Source: an uncultured Pelagibacteraceae bacterium
Lineage (GTDB): Bacteria; Pseudomonadota; Alphaproteobacteria; Pelagibacterales; Pelagibacteraceae
Length of the DNA stretch: 64,000 nt
Reading direction: 5' to 3'
Assembly (NCBI GenBank): GCA_902587145.1
Contig: CACIKD010000001.1
Coordinates: forward strand, 122,805-186,804
This document shows, piece after piece, positions 23,892 through 33,315 of this stretch (position 1 is the first letter of the stretch; the number at the start of each line of letters is the position of its first letter). The notes beneath the pieces were generated by a model, which saw only the letters and a program-made list of their open reading frames with translations, was not told the origin of the DNA and searched no databases. The position numbers and the translations under genes are program-made.

Positions 23892-24578
23892 CTAATGCTT
23901 GCTCCCAATTTTGTAAGATATACCCATCGTTGAAGTTAAAAAGATATTTTTTATAAATTCTCCTTTAATATTTTCAGATTTTTCTTTTTTTAAAAATTCA
24001 ATAAAATATTTATAATTTTCTTCCAATTTTTCTTTCGAAAAGTTTTTTCTTCCTATTGATAAAGCTAAATTGCCATCTTTATCATTTTTAATTTCAACCA
24101 AGCCAGTTTTAATATCTGTTACTGATTTTTTAAGATCATTAGATACAGTTCCTAACTTTGGATTAGGCATGAGACCTTTAGGTCCAAGAATTTTTCCAAG
24201 TTTACCTATTTTACTCATCATACCGGGAGTGCAAATTAATTTATCAAAATTTAATTCACCATTTGACATTTTATCTAATAATTCCTGAGAACCAGCAACA
24301 TCTGCTCCAATTTTTTTAGCTTCTTCTACTTTTTCCTGTTCACATAAAACTGCAATTTTAAATTTTTTCCCATTTCCGTGAGGAAGTTTAACAATTGTTC
24401 TTAAATTAAAATCGCCGCCTTTGGATTGTTTAGTATTAATTTTTATTGATAAATCAATTGACTCATCCATTTTAGATGTACAAGTGTCTTTAATCAAATC
24501 TAAAGATTTACTAATGTTTAGCTTTTCTTTAACTTTTTTCTTTTCAATAAGTTTATATCTTTTTGATCTTTTTTTCAC
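23892..24578 (-). CDS. rplA: 50S ribosomal protein L1
   Basis: [26 protein letters not shown]. Confidence 0.99.
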   Translation of the reverse strand: MKKRSKRYKLIEKKKVKEKLNISKSLDLIKDTCTSKMDESIDLSIKINTKQSKGGDFNLRTIVKLPHGNGKKFKIAVLCEQEKVEEAKKIGADVAGSQELLDKMSNGELNFDKLICTPGMMSKIGKLGKILGPKGLMPNPKLGTVSNDLKKSVTDIKTGLVEIKNDKDGNLALSIGRKNFSKEKLEENYKYFIEFLKKEKSENIKGEFIKNIFLTSTMGISYKIGSKH

Positions 24579-25000
24579 TCTTTAACCTCAATGCCCATTG
24601 ATCTTGCTGATCCACAAATTATTTTTGTTGCTTCTTTTAAATCGAACGCATTTAAATCTTTCATTTTTTCTTTAGCTATTGCTTCTGCTTGCTTTAATGT
24701 TATTGAACCAGCAATAACCCTGCCAGGTTCTTTGGATCCACTTTTTAATTTAGCTGCTTCTCTTATAAAATGAGAAGCTGGTGGAGATTTTATAATAAAA
24801 TCAAATTTTTTATCCTTATAAACTGTAATCACTACAGGTACTGGTTTACCCATAAATGATTTTGTTTTTTCATTAAACGCTTTACAAAATTCCATTATAT
24901 TTATTCCTCTTTGGCCAAGAGCTGGACCTACTGGTGGAGCGGGATTTGCTTGACCACCTTTAATTTGTAGCTTTACATAACCTGTAATTTCTTTAGCCAT
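24575..25000 (-). CDS. rplK: 50S ribosomal protein L11
   Basis: [20 protein letters not shown]. Confidence 0.99.
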   Translation of the reverse strand: MAKEITGYVKLQIKGGQANPAPPVGPALGQRGINIMEFCKAFNEKTKSFMGKPVPVVITVYKDKKFDFIIKSPPASHFIREAAKLKSGSKEPGRVIAGSITLKQAEAIAKEKMKDLNAFDLKEATKIICGSARSMGIEVKE

Positions 25001-25002
25001 AT

Positions 25003-25527
25003 TTAATTCTTCTCTACCTGGTTAAATTCTAAATCTACCGGAGTTGCTCTACCAAATATCGAAACTGACACCTTTAGTCTAGACTTTTCTTCATCTATTT
25101 GTTCAATCAAACCTGTAAAAGAGGCAAAAGGTCCATCACAAACTTTTACTTTTTCGCCTATTTCGAAACTTATGCCTGTTTTTTGATTAATTGCACTTTC
25201 AGAAACTTGACCTAATATTCTTTTTATTTCATTGTCCGAAATAGGAGTTGGTTTATCGGAAGAACCTAAAAAACCACTCACTTTTTGTAAATTCTTAATT
25301 AGATGATAAATTTGTTTAGTTAACTCAATTTTTATTAAAACATACCCAGGAAAATATTTTTTTTCTTTTTTTGTTCTTTTTCCTTTTTTTACTTCAGTTA
25401 CTTGATGCGTGGGTATTAAGAGTTGATCTAAACTACTTTCTAATTTGTGACGTTTAAGCTCTTCTTTAATACTCTCAACAACTTTTTTTTCAAAACCAGA
25501 GTATGCTTGTACAATGTACCAGTTCAT
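25003..25527 (-). CDS. nusG: Transcription termination/antitermination factor NusG
   Basis: [31 protein letters not shown]. Confidence 0.99.
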   Translation of the reverse strand: MNWYIVQAYSGFEKKVVESIKEELKRHKLESSLDQLLIPTHQVTEVKKGKRTKKEKKYFPGYVLIKIELTKQIYHLIKNLQKVSGFLGSSDKPTPISDNEIKRILGQVSESAINQKTGISFEIGEKVKVCDGPFASFTGLIEQIDEEKSRLKVSVSIFGRATPVDLEFNQVEKN

Positions 25528-25719
25528 TTAAAAGCTTAAGTTTAAAATTATATTTAATAAAAATCTTAAAATTTGATCCAAAAGTAAAAAGAAAATAGCT
25601 GCAATTGAAGCTAGGCCAAAAACCATTAAAGCACCCGTCATAGTGTCTTTTTTCGTCGGCCAAGAAATTCTAAAAGCCTCCTGTTTTACCTCTTGTAAAA
25701 ATTTTAATGGGTTTCTCAT
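25528..25719 (-). CDS. secE: Preprotein translocase SecE
   Basis: EVKQEAFRISWP plus one TM helix; upstream of nusG. Confidence 0.97.
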   Translation of the reverse strand: MRNPLKFLQEVKQEAFRISWPTKKDTMTGALMVFGLASIAAIFFLLLDQILRFLLNIILNLSF

Positions 25720-25735
25720 AATACTTTAGTTTTTT

Positions 25736-25811
25736 TGGCAGGAGCGGAGGGACTCGAACCCACAGCCTCCGGTTTTGGAGACCGGCGCTCTACCAATTGA
25801 GCTACGCTCCT
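25736..25811 (-). tRNA. tRNA-Trp (CCA)
   Basis: AGGAGCG/CGCTCCT acceptor stem, CCGGT-CTCCAAA-ACCGG anticodon arm, TTCGAGT T-loop, encoded CCA; 76 nt. Confidence 0.98.
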
Positions 25812-27000
25812 ATTTAATTATTTTCGTTACTACACCAGCTCCTACTGTTTTTCCACCTTCTCTAATGGCAAAATTTAAGTTTTGGCTCATAGCAATCGGA
25901 GTAATTAATTTTACACTAAATTTTCCGTCGTCCCCAGGCATCACCATTTCTGTACCAGATGGAAGAGTAACTTCTCCAGTTACATCAGTTGTTCTAAAAT
26001 AAAACTGAGGTCTATATTTAGTGAAAAAAGGAGTGTGTCTACCGCCCTCCTCTTTTTTTAGAATGTATGCTTGGCATTCAAACTCGGTATGAGGTGTAAC
26101 AGAACCTGGTTTAGCAAGTACTTGTCCTCTCTGCACATCATCTCTCTCAACACCTCTAAGTAATGCACCAATGTTATCACCTGCTTCACCGCTGTCTAAA
26201 AGTTTTCTAAACATTTCAACACCAGTACAAACTGATTTTTTTGTTTCTGTAATACCAATTATTTCAATTTCCTCTCCAACTTTAATTACACCTTGCTCAA
26301 CTCTTCCAGTTACTACTGTTCCTCTTCCCGAAATTGAGAAAACATCTTCAACTGGCATTAAGAAAGGTTTGTCTTTTGGCCTGTCAGGTTGTGGAATAGT
26401 TTCATCAACTGCTTTCATCAACTCCATGATTGCATTTTTTCCAGTTGCTTCGTCTTTGCCTTCGACTGCATTAAGTGCTGATCCTTTAATTATAGGAATT
26501 TTATCTCCAGGAAATTTATATGAAGTTAATAATTCTCTTATTTCTTCTTCAACAAGATCAACTAACTCTTTATCTTTGACAGTATCAATTTTATTTAAAA
26601 AAACTACTATCGCAGGTACTCCAACTTGACGAGCTAATAGAATGTGCTCTCTAGTTTGTGGCATTGGACCGTCAGCAGCGTTTACAACTAAAATAGCTCC
26701 ATCCATTTGAGCTGCACCAGTGATCATATTTTTTACATAGTCAGCGTGACCAGGACAATCAACGTGAGCATAGTGTCGCTTTGCTGTTTCATATTCAACG
26801 TGCGCAGTTGAAATAGTTATTCCTCTTTCTTTTTCCTCTGGTGCTTTATCAATTTGATCATAAGCAACAAATTTTGCACCTCCTGCTTCAGCAAGAACTT
26901 TCGTAATTGCAGCAGTTAAAGTAGTTTTACCGTGGTCCACGTGTCCGATTGTACCTATATTACAATGCGGCTTGCTTCTATTAAACTTTTCCTTCGACAT
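25810..27000 (-). CDS. tuf: Elongation factor Tu
   Basis: [38 protein letters not shown]; GAGG RBS upstream. Confidence 0.99.
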   Translation of the reverse strand: MSKEKFNRSKPHCNIGTIGHVDHGKTTLTAAITKVLAEAGGAKFVAYDQIDKAPEEKERGITISTAHVEYETAKRHYAHVDCPGHADYVKNMITGAAQMDGAILVVNAADGPMPQTREHILLARQVGVPAIVVFLNKIDTVKDKELVDLVEEEIRELLTSYKFPGDKIPIIKGSALNAVEGKDEATGKNAIMELMKAVDETIPQPDRPKDKPFLMPVEDVFSISGRGTVVTGRVEQGVIKVGEEIEIIGITETKKSVCTGVEMFRKLLDSGEAGDNIGALLRGVERDDVQRGQVLAKPGSVTPHTEFECQAYILKKEEGGRHTPFFTKYRPQFYFRTTDVTGEVTLPSGTEMVMPGDDGKFSVKLITPIAMSQNLNFAIREGGKTVGAGVVTKIIK

Positions 27001-27033
27001 TTTTTTTTCCTCTTTTTTTTTAATTTTGTTTTT

Positions 27034-27107
27034 TGGAGCGGGTAAAGGGAATCGAACCCTTACATCCAGCTTGGAAGGCTAGCGTTCTACCATTGAACTA
27101 CACCCGC
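27034..27107 (-). tRNA. tRNA-Gly (TCC)
   Basis: GCGGGTG...TACCCGCTCCA; anticodon loop CTTCCAA; 74 nt. Confidence 0.98.
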
Positions 27108-27154
27108 AAAATCCAAACTTAACACGCTCTTATATCATTAAACGCTTTTAAGTA

Positions 27155-27240
27155 TGGTGGAGGGGGAAAGATTCGAACTTTCGAAGACCGAAGTCAACGG
27201 GTTTACAGCCCGCCCCATTTGACCGCTTTGGTACCCCTCC
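27155..27240 (-). tRNA. tRNA-Tyr (GTA)
   Basis: GGAGGGG...CCCCTCCACCA; loop CTGTAAA; long variable arm GAC-TTCG-GTC; 86 nt. Confidence 0.97.
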
Positions 27241-27292
27241 AATTTTTCTTTAGGGATACCCACTAACTTAAAAAGCTTTCAACAACAAGCGT

Positions 27293-27320
27293 TTTATAAG
27301 CAATTGTACAATAAATGCAA
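27293..27320 (-). promoter_or_regulatory. Putative promoter of the tRNA-Tyr/Gly-tuf superoperon
   Basis: Minus strand TTGCAT (27320-27315), 16 nt spacer, TATAAA (27298-27293). Confidence 0.45.
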
Positions 27321-27374
27321 TAAATCATTTTGCTTTAAAATATGCTAATTATTTGAAAAAAAACTAATATTTTT

Positions 27375-28130
27375 ATGAAAAAGTCCACTTTTTTAATAGC
27401 TGGAAGACATGCTGTAACCGAAGCCTTAAAGAACCCAAAAAGAAAGGTTCACCGATTATTCATTACAGAAGATGCATTAAAAAAATTAAATAGAGAAAAT
27501 CAAAATACTAACTTGATAAAAAAAGTTCATGTTTTTTATAAGTCTAAGAAAGAGATAGATAATTTATGTGGAAAAGAGGATATTTCACATCAAAATATTG
27601 TGGCTGAAATTGAAAATTTTGATGAGATAAGTATTAAAGATTTTTTACAAAAAGAAGATAACAAAAACTTAAATTTTTTAGCTTTAGAAGAGGTTTCCGA
27701 TCCAAGAAACATAGGTTCAATTATCAGATGTGCTACGAGTTTCAATTTAAATGGTTTAATTGTCAAAGAAAGATCATTCCCATCAAAAAGTAAATTATTA
27801 TTTAAAAGTGCAAGTGGAGGTATGGAACATTTAAATATTTTTAAAGTATCAAATATTAATACAACTTTAAGATTTTTAAAAACCAAAGGTTTTTGGGTAA
27901 GTGCTTTTGACTCTAAGTCAAATAAAGACTTTACTGATAATAAATGGACAGGAAGAAATGTTCTGCTATTTGGATCAGAGGGATTTGGATTAAACAAAAA
28001 TACTGTAGCTAATTCTGATTTCATATTTAAAATTAAAATCAACAAACAGATGGAAAGTTTAAATATAGCTAATTCAGTTGCAATAGTTTGTCATCATATA
28101 AATAAAATTATTGTGAATAATAAAAATTGA
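27375..28130 (+). CDS. rlmB: 23S rRNA (Gm2251) 2'-O-methyltransferase, TrmH/SpoU family
   Basis: GRHAV, HQNI, DPRNIGSIIR, FGSEGFG, ESLNIA. Confidence 0.92.
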   Translation: MKKSTFLIAGRHAVTEALKNPKRKVHRLFITEDALKKLNRENQNTNLIKKVHVFYKSKKEIDNLCGKEDISHQNIVAEIENFDEISIKDFLQKEDNKNLNFLALEEVSDPRNIGSIIRCATSFNLNGLIVKERSFPSKSKLLFKSASGGMEHLNIFKVSNINTTLRFLKTKGFWVSAFDSKSNKDFTDNKWTGRNVLLFGSEGFGLNKNTVANSDFIFKIKINKQMESLNIANSVAIVCHHINKIIVNNKN

Positions 28131-28167
28131 TTGTATTTTATTTTTAGTATATTTAGAGTGATCTAAT

Positions 28168-28243
28168 GCCCTCATAGCTCAATTGGTAGAGCAATTGATT
28201 TGTAATCAATAGGTTCGCGGTTCGAGTCCGTGTGAGGGCACCA
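28168..28243 (+). tRNA. tRNA-Thr (TGT)
   Basis: GCCCTCA...TGAGGGCACCA; ATTGA-TTTGTAA-TCAAT anticodon arm; 76 nt. Confidence 0.98.
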
Positions 28244-28329
28244 TGATTTATTACCAAATAAAAAAAATATCTTTAATCTTTATAGAGTTTTATTTTTCAT
28301 TAAGAATAGTCTTTTTAAGTAATTACTTT

Positions 28330-29085
28330 TTATTTCCATCCATATTTTTTAAAAGAATTAAGTGCAATAAAAAACATAGATTTTAAATTATTAAAAAACT
28401 TTAAGTTGTTTTTTTCTTTATTGATTTGCCATAAATTTATTATGTTTTGAATTTTATTAGAAGACCTATTGTTTTTATTAATTCTATAAAAAACATAAGT
28501 CTCTTTAATTTTGTAAGCGACTTCTCCTTTTTTAAGAAGATCACATTTAAACAAATAATCTTCATGATTTACTTTTTCAAAAAGTATATTTTTTAAAATT
28601 TCTCGTTTTATAATTATGGAAGAAGTGCTCATTGAAGAGTGTTTTAAGAATTTGTCATAATTATAATGAGAAGGTAAATTTGTCATTTTTTTTTCTTTAA
28701 TATTGTCATCAAAAAAAAAGCAGTAATCAGTATAAGTAAAGTCGTAATTATTACTTAACATGTTTTTAATTTGTTTTTCGAGTTTGTCCTCAGGCCAATA
28801 ATCATCAGAGTCCAAAAAAGCTATGAGCTCTGAATTCGATTTTTGTATTCCAAGATTTCTACAATATGCTGGACCTTTATTTTCTTCTAAATTAAATATT
28901 TTTATATTTTCAATATTTTGATATTTCGATAGTATTTCTTTTGAGTTGTCGTTTGAGTTATCGTCTATTAAATATATTTTCCAATTTTTATACGTTTGAG
29001 AAATAATAGAATTTAAACATTGGCTAAGATATTTAGCTTTATTAAAGTTAGGAATTATTATATCTATAGTCAGATTGTTTACCAT
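28330..29085 (-). CDS. Family 2 glycosyltransferase (TuaG-like, no TM helices)
   Basis: IIIPNFN, DDNSND, RNLG, FLDSDD (DxD), EDY, YR motifs. Confidence 0.93.
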   Translation of the reverse strand: MVNNLTIDIIIPNFNKAKYLSQCLNSIISQTYKNWKIYLIDDNSNDNSKEILSKYQNIENIKIFNLEENKGPAYCRNLGIQKSNSELIAFLDSDDYWPEDKLEKQIKNMLSNNYDFTYTDYCFFFDDNIKEKKMTNLPSHYNYDKFLKHSSMSTSSIIIKREILKNILFEKVNHEDYLFKCDLLKKGEVAYKIKETYVFYRINKNNRSSNKIQNIINLWQINKEKNNLKFFNNLKSMFFIALNSFKKYGWK

Positions 29086-29123
29086 AAATATTTTAAAGTT
29101 TATAATGAAATAGCGTAATTATA
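29078..29123. promoter_or_regulatory. Overlapping divergent promoters in the 38-bp GT2 / 92-aa gene gap
   Basis: Plus strand TTTACC, 17 nt spacer, TATAAT (29101-29106); minus strand TATAAT at 29123-29118. Confidence 0.4.
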
Positions 29124-29402
29124 ATGAAACCTGAAAACAATTTAAAAGTATTTTTTATTAAGTTAATAGCAATAACATTTTCTATCATAATAATTATAAA
29201 CGTTTTTTATAATGTATTTCTATCAGACAAATTAGATGTTTTGAATAAACTTTCAAGTCTAGATAAAGAAACTGCTGAGATGATCAAGGATAAAGTAAGG
29301 TCTGAACTTAAAAGTGGATTAGAGAAAAAGCAAATTTTGTCTAATGAAGATGCAATATTGATAAAGAAATTTATTGAAAAAATTTCATCTGAGTTAAAAT
29401 AA
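29124..29402 (+). CDS. Hypothetical single-pass membrane protein with helical C-terminal domain
   Basis: 92-aa ORF, hydrophobic stretch at about aa 9-33, charged helical tail; 8 nt from next gene. Confidence 0.8.
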   Translation: MKPENNLKVFFIKLIAITFSIIIIINVFYNVFLSDKLDVLNKLSSLDKETAEMIKDKVRSELKSGLEKKQILSNEDAILIKKFIEKISSELK

Positions 29403-29410
29403 AATTTACC

Positions 29411-30982
29411 TTGAACAAATACTTTACACTATTAACAAAGCAAGAAGCTAAAATAAAAATTTTATTAATTTTTTATACATTATTTTGTTCTTTTAAGATT
29501 GGTTTATCATGGGATGAAAATTTTTATCATCAAACTGGTTCTATTAATCTAAAATATCTTTTATCTTTTGGTCAAATTGACGAACCATTTCCATCTAAGT
29601 ACCGTTACTCAACTTTATACTGGAGTGTATTGAGTTTTATAAATCAAATGTTCCCACAGAAATTTAGTATAGAAGTTTATCATATTTTAAATTCTTTTTT
29701 TGGCCTGATGACTATAGTTGGTTTCTATAAAATAAATAAAATTTTATTTAATAAGTATATTGCTAAAATTTCAGCAATTTTTCTTTTTTTTATTCCTTTT
29801 TTTTATGGTCACTTTGCCATAAATTTTAAAGACATTATTTTGGCATTCGCACATGTTTGGATCATATATTATATTTATAAATATGTATTTTATGAGTATA
29901 ATTTTAAAAAAAATCTTATTTTGATTTTAAAGATATCACTGTTATCAGCACTCGGCACAGGAGTTCAATTATTATTTTTAGGTTCTTTAATTCCAATAAT
30001 TTTACTCTTTTTAATAGTTGTATTATTTTTAAAGAAAAAAAAATTGAAAGTTCTTTTTAGTGATTTAATTTTATTTGTTTTTTTATTCTATTTTATTCTT
30101 ATTTTATTTTGGGTTGATACTCATAGCGATATAATAAGATTACCTTTTGAATTCTTCAGTAAAACGTTATCGATAAATGTTGGTTGGACACTAAATTTAT
30201 TAAATGGTGAATATTTTAATGCTAACGATACACCCTATAATTATTTATTAGTAAGTTACTTATATAAATTACCAGAATTTTTAATTGTTTTATATGCTTT
30301 ATCCATACCGGTTTTATATCTTAATTGGAAAATAGTAAAAAATAATTTTAATAATTTTAAGATAGTTATTATTGCAATTTTTTTCTTATTGATATTTCCA
30401 ACTTTGGTACTGATTGTAATCCCCTATCCTGTTTATGATGGTATGAGACTTTTTTTGTGGAGTGCGCCATATTTGGTTATTATCCCATCAATTACCACTT
30501 ATATAATTTTTATTAATAAAAATTTTTTTTATACATTAACCAAAGTTATTTTATCTTTTTTATTTATTTTACATATATTTAATTTTTTTACAATTACTCC
30601 ATATCACTATACTTTTTTAAATTATTTTTCTGGTAAAAAAGAATTTAGGTACAAAAAATTTGAAAACGATTATTGGTCTACAAGCTTAAAGGAGCTTATA
30701 TTGAGTTCAAAATTAGTTGATGATAGTGTCACCTTCTATTCTTGTGGTGTGAATCCAGGAGTAGCAAAAAAATATATGAAACAAAAATATAAAAGGTCTA
30801 AATTTACAAATGAAAGCAATGCTACCTATATAATAATGACTAATAGAACAATAATTTCAAAAAAAGATAATAAGATTACTAACTGTTATGACGAATATCA
30901 GTTAGAGAATATTCACCAAATTATTAGAAATGGTGTAGTTTTATCTGCAATCAAAAAAAATAAAAGAGAAAAAATTAAATGA
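29411..30982 (+). CDS. Multi-pass membrane glycosyltransferase, GT-C fold (PMT/ArnT-like)
   Basis: Many TM segments; WDE acidic motif after TM1, NFKD, YDGMR, DYW motifs; TTG start. Confidence 0.75.
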   Translation: MNKYFTLLTKQEAKIKILLIFYTLFCSFKIGLSWDENFYHQTGSINLKYLLSFGQIDEPFPSKYRYSTLYWSVLSFINQMFPQKFSIEVYHILNSFFGLMTIVGFYKINKILFNKYIAKISAIFLFFIPFFYGHFAINFKDIILAFAHVWIIYYIYKYVFYEYNFKKNLILILKISLLSALGTGVQLLFLGSLIPIILLFLIVVLFLKKKKLKVLFSDLILFVFLFYFILILFWVDTHSDIIRLPFEFFSKTLSINVGWTLNLLNGEYFNANDTPYNYLLVSYLYKLPEFLIVLYALSIPVLYLNWKIVKNNFNNFKIVIIAIFFLLIFPTLVLIVIPYPVYDGMRLFLWSAPYLVIIPSITTYIIFINKNFFYTLTKVILSFLFILHIFNFFTITPYHYTFLNYFSGKKEFRYKKFENDYWSTSLKELILSSKLVDDSVTFYSCGVNPGVAKKYMKQKYKRSKFTNESNATYIIMTNRTIISKKDNKITNCYDEYQLENIHQIIRNGVVLSAIKKNKREKIK

Positions 30983-31953
30983 AAGTTCTAGTAACTGGTG
31001 GAGCTGGATATATAGGTAGTCATGTTTGTAATTTATTATTAGATAAGAGTTGCGAAGTAACAGTAATTGATAGTCTTGTAACAGGGAATAAAAATTTAAT
31101 TCCAAAAAAAGCAAAATTAGTCGTTTCTGATATTGCTGATGAAAAAAAAATAGAAAGACTTATAACTAAAGAAAAATTTGATTTGGTTATGCATTTTGCT
31201 GGGCTTATAAGGGTTGAAGAGTCTGTTAAAGAACCAGAAAAATATCATGAATTTAATTATAAAAAAGCAAGAGCTTTTCTTAATGTTTGTTTTAAAAACG
31301 GTATTGATAAAGTGATTTTTTCATCAACAGCATCAGTATATGGCAGCCCAAAAAAAGGGAAGGTGTTAGAAAGTGATCCACTAAATCCTTTAAATCCCTA
31401 TGCGGAGTCAAAGTTAAAACTTGAAGAATTTATTAAAACAAAATCTGAAGAAATAAATATTAAATATATTATTTTAAGATACTTTAATGTGGCTGGTGCA
31501 GATGAAAAGTTACGTTGTGGACTTATTTCAAAATACCCTTCACATCTAATTAAAATAGCTTGTGAGGTTGCTGTGGGGAAAAGAGAAAAAATAATAATAA
31601 ACGGAAATGATTACGATACTTTTGATGGGACACCCATAAGGGATTTTATACACGTTTCTGATTTGGCCGACATACATTTGGTTTCTGCAAAACATCTAAT
31701 TAAAAATGGCAAATCAGATATATTTAATTGTGGTTACGGTAAAGGTTATTCAGTTAAAGAGGTTTTAGAAAATTTTAATCAAATATTAGATAAAAAAATT
31801 AATTTTGAAATAGGTCCTAGAAGAGATGGAGATAGTAAAATGATAGTAGCAAATCCAGAGAAATTTAATAAATTCTTCGCTTGGAAACCTAAGTTTAATA
31901 GTATTAAGTATATTCTTAAGACGGCGGTTGATTGGGAGAAAAAAATTAAATAA
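30979..31953 (+). CDS. galE: UDP-glucose 4-epimerase
   Basis: TGGAGYIGSH, HFAG, FSSTASVYG, YAESK, LRYFNVAGA, RDFIHV. Confidence 0.97.
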   Translation: MKVLVTGGAGYIGSHVCNLLLDKSCEVTVIDSLVTGNKNLIPKKAKLVVSDIADEKKIERLITKEKFDLVMHFAGLIRVEESVKEPEKYHEFNYKKARAFLNVCFKNGIDKVIFSSTASVYGSPKKGKVLESDPLNPLNPYAESKLKLEEFIKTKSEEINIKYIILRYFNVAGADEKLRCGLISKYPSHLIKIACEVAVGKREKIIINGNDYDTFDGTPIRDFIHVSDLADIHLVSAKHLIKNGKSDIFNCGYGKGYSVKEVLENFNQILDKKINFEIGPRRDGDSKMIVANPEKFNKFFAWKPKFNSIKYILKTAVDWEKKIK

Positions 31954-33313
31954 TACTAAAAATATTTTCTATTTCTTTAAGTTGATCTCTACTTGATAAA
32001 AGCACAACAAGATCATCTTTTTCAAAAATGAAATTACCTCCAGGTATAATAACCTGTTTACCTCTCACTATAGCCCCAATTCTTGTATTATCTGGTAAAT
32101 TACTATCTTTTATTTTTTTATTAACAAGTTCTGACTTCTCTAAAACCTTTGCTTCTACAAACTCATAATCTCCATCCAAAAGAGAATACACAGTTGCAAT
32201 GGTCCCTCTATGAACATGCTCCATTATTCTTGAGACAGTAGTCATTCTTGGGTCAACTAAATCATCTATATTTAAAGAACTTTGTAATAAACTGTAATTT
32301 GATTTATTTACTATTGCTATAGTCCTTTTGGTTTGACCTGTCTTTTCTGCGAGCACACATGCCATAATATTATTTTCATCATCATTAGTTAGAGCAAGCA
32401 CTGTCTCCGATTCTTCTAAATTAGCTTCTTTTAAAATTTCTTCATCCAATGCATCCCCATTTATTACTATCGATGAAGTAAGTTCTGATGCAATTTCTTC
32501 AGCCCTAATTTTATTTTTTTCTATAATTTTTATTCTTGCACCCTCAAAATTTTCTTCCAACATCTTTGCTAAATGAAAACCGATATTTCCACCACCAATA
32601 ATTAAGATTTTTTTGGAGATTTTTTCTTCATGACCAAAAGCTTTGAGAATATCAATTAATTGATCACTATTTACAACAACATAAACATTGTCTCCCTCCA
32701 TTAATTTGTCATCTTTTTTTAAGAATTTAAATTTTTCTTTTCTAACTAAACCAACAATATTCGCTTTAAAATTTGGAAATTTTTCAGTTAATTTTTTTAG
32801 CGGCATATTTATAATTGGGCATGATTTTTCTATTGCAATTTCAAGCATTTTTACTTTATTGCCAGCAAAAGGGACGTTATCTAAAGCTCCTGGCGCCTCT
32901 AATCTTCTAAATAAAGATTTTGCAACTTCTTTTTCTGGTGAAATTATTACATCAATTGGAATATTCGATTTATTATAAAGCTTATTCCATTTTCCCTCTA
33001 GAAAATCTTTTGTTCTTATCCTAGCTATTTTTTTTTGGATGTTAAATAGAGAACTAGCTAATTGACATACAACCATATTAGTTTCATCATTTCTTGTAAC
33101 AGCAATAATCATATCTGTATTTTCGGCCCCGGCATTTTCTAAAACTGAAGGCAAAGAAGCTCTACCTACTATTCCTTTAGCATCCTGAGTGTCATTTATT
33201 TTTTTTATATCCTCTGATGATTGATCAATAACTGTTACAGAATGACCTTGAGAAGATAATTGTTTACTTATTGAAAAGCCAACTTTACCGGCACCACATA
33301 TTATTATATTCAT
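31946..33313 (-). CDS. trkA: Trk system potassium uptake protein TrkA
   Basis: Two RCK_N/RCK_C repeats: GAGKVG and GGGNIG; downstream of ntrX. Confidence 0.97.
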   Translation of the reverse strand: MNIIICGAGKVGFSISKQLSSQGHSVTVIDQSSEDIKKINDTQDAKGIVGRASLPSVLENAGAENTDMIIAVTRNDETNMVVCQLASSLFNIQKKIARIRTKDFLEGKWNKLYNKSNIPIDVIISPEKEVAKSLFRRLEAPGALDNVPFAGNKVKMLEIAIEKSCPIINMPLKKLTEKFPNFKANIVGLVRKEKFKFLKKDDKLMEGDNVYVVVNSDQLIDILKAFGHEEKISKKILIIGGGNIGFHLAKMLEENFEGARIKIIEKNKIRAEEIASELTSSIVINGDALDEEILKEANLEESETVLALTNDDENNIMACVLAEKTGQTKRTIAIVNKSNYSLLQSSLNIDDLVDPRMTTVSRIMEHVHRGTIATVYSLLDGDYEFVEAKVLEKSELVNKKIKDSNLPDNTRIGAIVRGKQVIIPGGNFIFEKDDLVVLLSSRDQLKEIENIFSII

Positions 33314-33315
33314 TG

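Noticed and set aside
25775-26629. Plus-strand ORFs antisense to tRNA-Trp and tuf (25775-26002, 26171-26629)
   Set aside because: Shadow ORFs of conserved genes; [12 protein letters not shown] is simply a tRNA read antisense.
28317-28328. Palindrome AAGTAATTACTT downstream of the GT2 stop
   Set aside because: Short, AT-rich and loopless; too weak to call as a terminator or operator.
28168-31953. Integrative element or prophage at tRNA-Thr
   Set aside because: No integrase and no duplicated tRNA 3' end found at the far boundary; treated as a variable cassette only.
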